Assembly: GCA_964016885.1 (NCBI GenBank)
Contig: OZ024742.1
Span: 115,940,001 to 116,004,000 of the forward strand
From: Eledone cirrhosa
Lineage: Eukaryota
Length of the DNA stretch: 64,000 nucleotides
Direction: 5' to 3'
Shown here: piece after piece, positions 54,184 to 64,000 of the stretch
Layout of the letters: the number at the start of each line of letters is the position of its first letter
How positions within the stretch are numbered: position 1 is the stretch's first letter
Notes under the pieces: model-generated
What the model was told of the DNA's origin: nothing
Seen by the model: only the letters and a program-made list of their open reading frames with translations
Database searches by the model: none
Program-made: the position numbers and the translations under genes

Positions 54184-54453
54184 GCTGTGTAAGTGTGTCT
54201 TTGTGTGTTTGTGTGTGTATATGTGTTTACAAAAAGTAAACGGAAACGCAACGCAAACAACACATTACTATGATGAAATAAATCAGTTTAAAGCTCAATA
54301 TAACAGGAAAAGTTTTTTTACGTTACGGCCAATAATCATTCGCCAGAAGATAGAATAAGTAACAAAATGTAAAATAGAAAACTCTAAAATGTGAAGAAGA
54401 AAGAACGAAAACTTTTTTCGAGAAAAACCACGCGTGTATTCAGTAACCTATTT

Positions 54454-54577
<124 letters not shown>

Positions 54578-55486
54578 TGTGTGTGTTATGAGGACGCAAG
54601 AAAATATGAGGACATTTAATCTTATAGTTGTAATGAATGACAACTAAAGTAGTAAATCAGGTTTTTCACTCAATAGAGAAAGAAATAAAGCACCTCAAAA
54701 GAATTGACAGATAAATATAACGAACATTTAAATACAGTAAAGGTGTATCATACAATACTCGCTTAAGTGGAAATACCAAAAGTAGGTTTCAAACTTTGAA
54801 CCATATCTGTGTATAAACATACTAAATAATGCCGAGAGGAGTCAAGGTATATTTAAATTTGACAACCAAATAGTTTATAAGATTATACATTAGCATAATA
54901 ATATATTAATGTAATATTATCCATTTAGTTAGGCCGTTATATGTGTGGGGAATGGATATACATGTATGGTGATATATATGCAAATATGTTATAATGTTAT
55001 AGTGGCCGACGGCTGAGCGCTAACCGTTTCGACATGTAATGGATAAAAGAATTATATTTCAATTTCATCTATTTCCAAACCGTGTCCCTCAATGCGGATG
55101 TCTTACTTTGACGTATTGAATAAGCGGAGAAATGTTTGATTGGTGATAGGTTGGAGGTGTAATGTTAGGGAGTAAACAACGTTTGGAGTCCTTTAACTGG
55201 ATAACGCAACTGGGACAATCAGCAAAAGGATTCCAAAAATGTTTTCTCCGTAACAGTTACATTCCTCCTTCAACCATTACTTCACACATTTCTCCACATA
55301 CATAAAAGTTTGATTCAAAGTAGGACCCTAAACCATAAGAGACAGGGTTTGAAAATAGAGTGAAAAAATAATTCAGTTACCCATTCACTGTCGAAAGGGC
55401 AAGACCTAAGCCGTTGGTTACTAACTCTTAACAATACCTACAATCAGCTGTATAATTCATAGTAATTACATAACGCCATCAATTAA

Positions 55487-55521
<35 letters not shown>

Positions 55522-55596
55522 TTATGTGTGTGTGTGTGCGTGTGTGTGTGTATGTGTATGTGTGTGTGTGTGTGTGTATGTGTGTGTGTGTGTGTG

Positions 55597-55635
<39 letters not shown>

Positions 55636-55710
55636 AATGGTAACTATGATGCTTCCATAGGCGGTATGCCAGTTGAACACTCTAAGTTCTTACAGAGCAG
55701 AGTGTGATAT

Positions 55711-55953
55711 AATATAAAACGAAAAATCAGTGATGCATCTGGACTCAGTTTATTGTGTGTTACAAGTGTTTCGCCGGCAGATAGCTCGTGACACGATCAT
55801 TGTAGTTCCGAAAGTATTGCATGTGTCCGAAGAACCTGCAATTCTAGAATCAGACAGATCCATACAATGATCGTGTCTCGAGCTATCTGCCGGTGAAACA
55901 ATTGTGACACACAATAAACTGAGTCCAGCAGATGCATCACTGATTTTTCGTTT

Positions 55954-55959
<6 letters not shown>
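55711..55959. mobile_element. Fold-back element with degenerate long-helix-II HHR at 55822-55911 (plus)
   Basis: ~95-bp inverted arms; tgtgt-CCGAAGA-acc//ggt-GAAAC AATT GTG-acaca, then AATAAA. Confidence 0.72.
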
Positions 55960-55996
<37 letters not shown>

Positions 55997-56437
55997 CACA
56001 TGAAGGCGAACTAGCCAGTTTTAGAATTCCCTTTTTCGGACTATATTACTGTGAGAGCCCTGGTTTTCTGTTGAGCTCTGCTGATGAATGATATTCCAAC
56101 CGTGACCATCTCCACTGAAAGTGTTCATGAAATAGTATTTTAAGACTATACAGAGCATTTGATGTTATTCCAAATTGAAGGATAAGTGTTTCAAACTTTG
56201 TTTTATCATGAGTTAAAGGTCTATAGATTTTTCCATGGATTTTACTAAATTCTGTGGATGAATTTGTATCCTGATTCTCTTTTGAGATGAGTTTGAGTTA
56301 TTTTTCCTAAATCTTTCGTTAACTACTTTTCCCATCTTGACGTTATAGTCGCATATATGTTATAGAATGCCGTTAGCTTCTTGCTAAAACAATCTCTATA
56401 CGTCTCATTTATATATATATATATATATATATATTTT

Positions 56438-56657
56438 TAAGGAACGATCGACTTTCGTCAAATCGGACCGAGGGAACAATGTTTCCGTTGGTCTTTCCAA
56501 TTGCTAATACTATCTATCGGTCGCAACTCCAGGTAGAAGGAGCAACGTGAAATAAAGTGTCTTGCTCAAGGACATAACGCATCGCCTGGTCCAGGAATCG
56601 AACTCACAACCTTACGATTGTGAATCCAATTCTCTAACCACTCAGCCACACGCCTTC
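56438..56657 (-). mobile_element. tRNA-derived CORE-type SINE
   Basis: gaaggcgtgtggctgagtggttaga...gagttcgattcc...gtccttgagcaagacactt. Confidence 0.82.
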
Positions 56658-57114
56658 ACATATATATATATATATATAAATATATATTCGATTTCTTGGA
56701 ACGGTGAGAGAAAGGAAGATACTTTTAAATTTGAAAATTAGAAGACAGACTTGAGGGCATTAAATCACACATATAAGCAATGGAAATAATGTGTGCTTGT
56801 ATTTGTTTGTATGTTGCTGTATATATATGTCACGGTTGGTACTCATCCCTTAATCAATGATGTTCTACTTCTGAATATCATCGACTTGAAGACAATACTT
56901 TTCACAAGCCGTACGATGATTAGGGTTCAGTGACTAATTCCAGTAAGAGTATTACTAGTTTCACGTTTTATATGGAAAATGGGAATATAAATATATATAA
57001 ATATATAAAGATATATATAAAAACCGTACAAGATCCCGTTAAGGGTGAGAGCAGCGATTCTTTGCTTAAACGTTAATCTGTTATTTTAATATATACATGC
57101 ATACATACATAAAT

Positions 57115-57720
57115 GGTGGCTGCCAACACGTTTTCGAGTACGGCCACTACCTTATATCCATGTAGGAGAACCCCTACCGATGCGCTGAACAAGTGTGACT
57201 TTTTAGTCCAGCCAGCGACTTGAAAACTCTCGTACAAACACTACACATGTGACAATTATTGACACATAGTGCTAGGCCCATGGTACCATCTGATGACAAG
57301 TGCAGAGAGATCTCCAGATATAAAGCAATGCCTGTGCCGTGAAGCTTTTATAGTGAGCAAAGGCACTGCACAAAGCCAGTCCCACTCTCTTAACCAAGAT
57401 GATATTTAACAAAAAGAAGAACAAGTCAACATCATTGGATACCATCAGAGTTGCAGGTGTTATATCAGAGTTTTCCTTCTAGAATTCTGCCTTGACAAAG
57501 GCTAAGGGGTCATCTCTCCAAGTGATTTTGGATGGTCATTGACTCTTAAGAGCTCCTTTGCCTTTTGACAGATTTTTTTTTAGTCCTGCAGGATGTCCAA
57601 AGTCACCCTCCTCTCCATGAAACCTTGGTGGGGTTGCCAGTTGAGTCGCCAACGACCCGACCATGAGACAGGTTGTACTGGGATACATGTTACCAGTAGC
57701 ACCAACTGGTGACCTGACAT
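57115..57720 (-). mobile_element. Family G ~610-bp repeat, second copy
   Basis: Reverse complement of 24838-25447. Confidence 0.8.
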
Positions 57721-58399
57721 ATATATATATATATACATACATATACACACACACAGATATATATATCTCAGTCCGTAACCCAATGTGATATACTCACCGT
57801 CATATAAATCTGCACAAAAGGTCATACGGGGTCATCCATGGTAGGATGCATCCTGTTATACATGCACAAATATAAACCATGTAACCATATTCATACATCC
57901 ATACACATACATGCAAGCATACATACACACATATTAATAAATAAATAAGTAAATAGAAAAATAAATATATGTATATATACATATATATACACACATATAT
58001 ATACACATATACATATACATATATAGACATATACACACACACATACACACATACATACACATACATATATACACACACATATATATATATACATATACAT
58101 ATATACACACGTCCACATACACACCCACATACAAACGTACATACACACACATACATACACATCTATTAAAAAAACCTCCAATATACTAAAATATGTATCT
58201 AAAGTCGTACCTTAAAAGATGTGTCTTGTATTACACATGCACGAATATAAACATTATAATCATATACATGCATCCATACACATTCACGTAACATAGACAT
58301 ATGTATATATACATATATATATACATATATATATACACATACACACACATATATATATAGAAACATATATACATATACATATATATATATATATATATA

Positions 58400-59662
58400 C
58401 TAGCAGTAAAGCCCGGCGTTGCTCGGGGTCGCTCAGTAGCTGTGTTAAAGTTACAATGTTAAGTTTCTTTTTTGGCTTAAAAACTGTAGTGTCTACTGTG
58501 CAGACTTGCATGTGGTGTTTTTGATTAATATTCCCTCAACCAACAATATGCCTTATGAAGTTAAGAAAACATAACGATAACCCGAATGTTATAACAAAAG
58601 AGGATGCTGGGGATAAAAACTGCACTGGTTATTTATTAACAAAGATCGAAAATGTAAACACTGCAACGCAGAGAAAAACATTAGCGTAACCAAATTATCA
58701 GTTATGTCTGTCTGCACGCCTATATCACCTCTCTGCACGACTGTCTGTCTGCACGCCTATATCACCTCTCTGCACGACTGTCTGTCTGCACGCCTATATC
58801 AACTCTCTGCACGACTGTCTGTCTGCACGCCTATATCACCTCTCTGCACGACTGTCTGTCTGCACGCCTATATCACCTCTCTGCACGACTATCTGTCTGC
58901 ACGCCTATATCACCTCTCTGCACGACTGTCTGTCTGCACGACTGTCTGTCTGCACGCCTAACGAAATTTACAGATACATATATTTTAAATAAACTTATAT
59001 AATTTTTGCTTTTTTTTACGAAATATTTGCTTGTTTTACGTAGTCTTTAAATAGACTTGTTTTCAAGTAAAAATATTGTTTTAAAAGGCTTTTAAATGGA
59101 AATGAAGCAAAACGGAAGCTTAGTGTTCGAACTGATGAATTTTGCAGGTCAAAATTTTGCTGGCTCGACAACTGTTCGTGTATTGTGTTAATGTCATTTT
59201 AAACGCTGAGAAAGCCAGCGTAATTTTTTTAATTTTTGCCAGCGTAATTTTTTTAATTTTTGCCAGCGTAATTTTTTTAATTTTTGCCAGCGTAATTTTT
59301 TTAATTTTTGCACGCAGAAAATGTAAACAGAACGTAAGACGCTACGCTGAATGTAAACAGAACAAAGGGAAATCATTTTTTTAATTTTTGCACGCAGAAA
59401 ATGTAAAGAGAACGTAAGACGCTACGCTGAATGTAAACAGAACAAAGGGAAATAACTCATCACTTACGCTCCATAATCGATACATTATATTCGATTTCGT
59501 CAGATAGGGCGGGTCAATTTGAAATATCTTTTTTCCGATGTCTTCGCTAGGGCTCAATGTACAAGTCTAGCAATTTCGGTGCAATTCCGTGAGAGATTCT
59601 AAGAGGAGATGTGTGCCAAAAATCGATAGACAGACAGACAACCTCAGTTTTATATATATAGA
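58400..59662 (-). mobile_element. Non-autonomous Helitron with internal minisatellites
   Basis: 5' A|TCTATATATATAAAA, 3' hairpin cccgagcaacgccggg then CTAG|T; 37-bp x ~7 (58705-58960), 23-bp x4 (59214-59310), ~78-bp x2. Confidence 0.85.
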
Positions 59663-59881
59663 TTACTATATATTATTAATCGGCTCAGTATTTTTATACT
59701 TGGAGCTTAATAGTTACAGGGTTCCAATTGAGTTTTGGAACCAACTCTAATTTTCATATATATTTCTGCTCCCTCGCAAGTTGAGCTTATTAAGTTGTGC
59801 GTGTTGGACTGTTATTTCTATTCAATACGCGGTTACCACGTGTGAACGTTGGCAAATAGTGTTTGTTGCATTTAATCAGAT

Positions 59882-59961
59882 TCTCTCGCTGATGATGCCC
59901 AGGATTATCTGTTACAAACACACTCAGGGAGAAACAGATTAGGGATAATCTGTCCGAGAGA
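59882..59961 (+). ncRNA. Full type I hammerhead ribozyme with stable helix III and GUC site
   Basis: tctctcg-CTGATGA-t(g)ccc...ggga-GAA ACAGATTA ggga TAATCTGT C-cgagaga. Confidence 0.9.
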
Positions 59962-60099
59962 TATAATGGTTATTGAGGCGGTTTGTATAATAATATATTT
60001 TTATTTTATCATTCTGTCTGCTTCTTGGTTAAATATTTCAAACAAATGTGGTTTTTCAACCCTTGTAATTTTAGACACACGGTTTACTGTGTTTCTTAC

Positions 60100-60154
<55 letters not shown>

Positions 60155-60198
60155 AACACATATATATATACATGCATACACACACCCATATATACATA

Positions 60199-60242
<44 letters not shown>

Positions 60243-60589
60243 AATACTTAGGTTAATAGGAGTTAGGTATTGTATACCCGTGTCGCATTAAGGTATTGGC
60301 AGCATAATAATTAGCTCTATGCTTTGGAGCAGAGCCGTATATATGAAAAAGAACACAAGATCGTCTGCTGTTGTAGACGCTCTTGTGTTCTTTTTCATAT
60401 ATATATATATGTATATGTACATACACACATTCGCTTACACATATACACACATATAAAAACAATAAAATAAATGTACAATGCATCCATACACATTCACGTA
60501 ACATATACATACATATACACACACACACACACATTACACATATATACATATATATATATATATAAGCGTATACATACATACACCCACAC

Positions 60590-60635
<46 letters not shown>

Positions 60636-60839
60636 TATATACATATACACACACTCATACATATACATACGCTCACGTCTACGCGTATACACATATAAAA
60701 ACAATAAAATAAATTTACGATATATTAAAATACATTAAATTATGCATATAACGTCACATAGTGATATATAAAAAAAGAGGCGAGAAAGGAGAAGGTACAT
60801 GTATTCGTGTGATATACCAAACATGGGGAGTATGAGGTG

Positions 60840-61200
60840 TACACTCTTAGCCTGGGCTTCCCGGAGGATTCCATGCGGCCAATGTGCCCCTTCTCTGGTC
60901 TCTGAAGGTCATGATAATTTCAGATTTCAGGTTGACCGCGTCATCCTTCACTCCAACTAACTCCACGGCCTCTTATAGGCATAATCTGCACTTTCTACTT
61001 CCAGCCGAGTATGAATTTGCGTGCCGAAAGATACACAAGAGAAGGTCTTTCATGGCCCACATCAAGTCCGTTAACCTAGTGGAGTGCCTCTTGCTTCGAT
61101 CCTTGAAGAAGTTCGTGTGGTTATACATCCGCGATTTAAAGGTCATGGATGTTGCGCCGATGTGGGTGCGTTTTATATTTTGGGTGCTGACCACACATGT
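60840..61200 (-). mobile_element. PLE GIY-YIG fragment
   Basis: [38 protein letters not shown]. Confidence 0.75.
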
Positions 61201-61239
61201 GTATATATATATATATATATATAAATATGTATATGTATG

Positions 61240-61313
<74 letters not shown>

Positions 61314-61384
61314 TTTATTAAAATAACAGATTAAAGTTTAAGCAAAGATTTATTATTATTACTATATATACATATATATGTATG

Positions 61385-61448
<64 letters not shown>

Positions 61449-61449
61449 G

Positions 61450-61548
<99 letters not shown>

Positions 61549-61628
61549 ATGTATATATGTGTATGCGTCAACATGAGTGGACCTGTTATTTGTAGCTAAA
61601 TACATTTTTTCCAATATTTCTCATTCTT

Positions 61629-61664
61629 TCTTCTGATGAAGGTTTAGCGTCTGAAACGTTAAGA
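61629..61664 (+). ncRNA. Minimal HHR in a short PLE-like 3' end
   Basis: tctt-CTGATGA-agg tttagcg tct-GAAAC GTT-aaga. Confidence 0.75.
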
Positions 61665-62187
61665 CCCTCTCCCTACTATATCAAGCATTAACCTAATATA
61701 TTCCTTCCATATACTGTACCGAGTGTGGTGTTATTTCTGGTTACCTTTTACCTAAAACTCTGATTAAATATATATATATATAAATTTAATATCGTTGAAA
61801 TTTTGTAAACTTTGCTTCACGACATCTACATACTGATTATTTTGAGTTCTTCATACGGCTTGGTGGGTTCATCTCTGTACTCTGCTCCTTGTTGTATTAA
61901 TGTCTTCATTAATATATTTAGTTGACCTCTTAATCTTGTCTAATATCCGTATTGCAATGGAAAGACAATACTTAGTAACTTCGTTGAAAAATGTATTACC
62001 CGTATTACCCGTATTACCCGTATTTTGTTTAATTTCATTGTTTTCACTATTTGTATTAATTTGACTCTCCCTCCAATGAATTATATCGTTGAAATTTTGT
62101 AAACTTTGCTTGACGACATCTTCTACATACGGTTTACATTGAGTTCTTCATACGTTTTTGACCCTACCATTAATTGATGGATTTATC

Positions 62188-62218
<31 letters not shown>

Positions 62219-62356
62219 TTATTTATTTAGGTTTGTTGATTCACCACTGGATAGAACTCGTTGTAATATTATGGAGAGCACTCAACGTAATGCAACTCAC
62301 CCGTCTTCGTTTGTGTAGTTGGTGGTGCGATGGTGCGAGTACGGAGTTAATTATTA

Positions 62357-62685
62357 TAAAATAACCGGAGGCTGGACTGGTGTAAATCCTTGAAAGGTTT
62401 ATTATACTATGATCATTTCAATGACCGGGTTCAGTATGAATCCGGTGACATCATCAGGTATTCAATGTATAACTCGAGGGCGGCCGACTGAAGTAGAAGC
62501 TGCAAATAGTAGGTCCTCATCTTGTCTCTGATGGTCAGCCCTATGGATTTTATCTGTTATATTCCTTTGTTATACTTTGAATACCTGATGATGTCACCGG
62601 ATTTATACTGAACCCGGTCATTGAGATGATCATAGTATAATAAACCTTTCAAAGATTTACATCAGTCCAGCCTCGAGTTATTTTA
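62357..62685. mobile_element. Fold-back element; HHRs at 62404-62461 (minus, intact) and 62581-62638 (plus, GAGA variant)
   Basis: atac-CTGATGA-tgtcaccgg//ccggtcatt-GAAAT GATC ATA-gtat; ~117-bp arms, ~95-bp spacer. Confidence 0.85.
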
Positions 62686-62687
62686 GA

Positions 62688-62796
<109 letters not shown>

Positions 62797-62996
62797 TGTG
62801 TGTGTGGAGGGTGGTGGTATGCAGGAGCCGATGAATAATCGAGTGGTGAAGTAGCATCAGCTCCTGCATTCGGAAACGGACTACAGCATCACCCTCAGCC
62901 GCTTCACCAAATATCGTTGTTTGCCAAGTGTGTATGTATATAAATATATATAGAAATATCATACGGTTTATACCCTATCATTGATTGGTAGATTTA

Positions 62997-63066
<70 letters not shown>

Positions 63067-63120
63067 TAAAAAAATAATGAATAAAACAATGAAACAGTTC
63101 CTTATATTAAACAAAAAAAG

Positions 63121-63275
63121 TTCATTATTTAACGATCGTTTCTAGGATATATATGTGTTAGAATTGGCATGCATATTCAACAGATCTATGTACAAAATTA
63201 TACAAAATTATACAAACTATCAAAATTAAGTATACATACCAAACACATATATATGCCGTCTTCAGAAATAATGAA
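63121..63275 (-). ncRNA. HHR with 10-bp helix I and ~115-nt helix II domain
   Basis: ttcattattt-CTGAAGA-cggcatatatatgtgtt//aacacatatatatccta-GAAAC GATC GTT-aaataatgaa. Confidence 0.8.
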
Positions 63276-63876
63276 TTATATTTATTGATAATAACAACAA
63301 TTCAAAATTACAGGTCTGTTTGGGAACAGAGTTCAAATTGACCAATGAAAATACAAAAAAGTTCATACAGTTAGGTGTGTGTATATATATGTAAGTAACT
63401 TCGTTCACAGATATGCATAAAAATATATGTTCACATGCATACGCATGCCAAAAAGATGTATGTAAATACAAAAATTCAAGGCTAATGTCTCTGTATGTCT
63501 ATAATCTACAGATAAAATACGTACACACATATAAATATAAAATAAACATATACACACATTCATATACTCACACATATACGTACATTCACACACACACACG
63601 CGCGTATACGCATAAACATACACACAACCACGAACATACATACACACATACACCCCCACACACATATATATGTGTGTATATACTATTATCATAAGCATAT
63701 GGACATTAATGCGCGCACAAAAACACTGCCACACATATTTAGATCCAGATACAGAAAGTAGGTGGGGGGGGGAGAAGAGGTCAGTATTCACCGGTGTCAA
63801 CAGACTGCCTATTTATAAATGTATCTATGAACTTAGAAATAAAAAGAAAAGAAAAAGAAAAAAGAAATATATCAAG

Positions 63877-63913
<37 letters not shown>

Positions 63914-63914
63914 G

Positions 63915-64000
<86 letters not shown>

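Noticed and set aside
58705-58960. 37-bp repeats as a CRISPR array
   Set aside because: Head-to-tail units with no unique spacers, eukaryotic context, inside a Helitron

Overview
Very AT-rich, microsatellite-saturated animal DNA with no confidently identifiable host gene. The (TA)n/(CA)n/(GA)n density and tRNA-derived CORE-type SINEs suggest an octopod cephalopod (inference). Most entries in the ORF track are microsatellite artefacts. Recognisable elements are several Penelope-like retroelement (PLE) families (RT + GIY-YIG, one uninterrupted 693-aa ORF), a near full-length CR1/L2-group LINE, RTE and Tx1/L1 LINE fragments, two SINE families and two non-autonomous Helitrons. The dominant unexplained signal is about 40 hammerhead-ribozyme (HHR) motifs (intact and degenerate, found by eye) in at least 10 sequence families. 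Most sit in inverted-repeat (fold-back) insertions between (TA)n tracts, always with the same polarity: left arm HHR on the minus strand, right arm on the plus strand, RNA 3' ends pointing outward. Two related non-coding 430-470 bp tandem units carry one HHR per unit plus a conserved ATGCAAAT octamer box, and look like retrozymes. Coordinates were counted by hand and may be off by a few bases.
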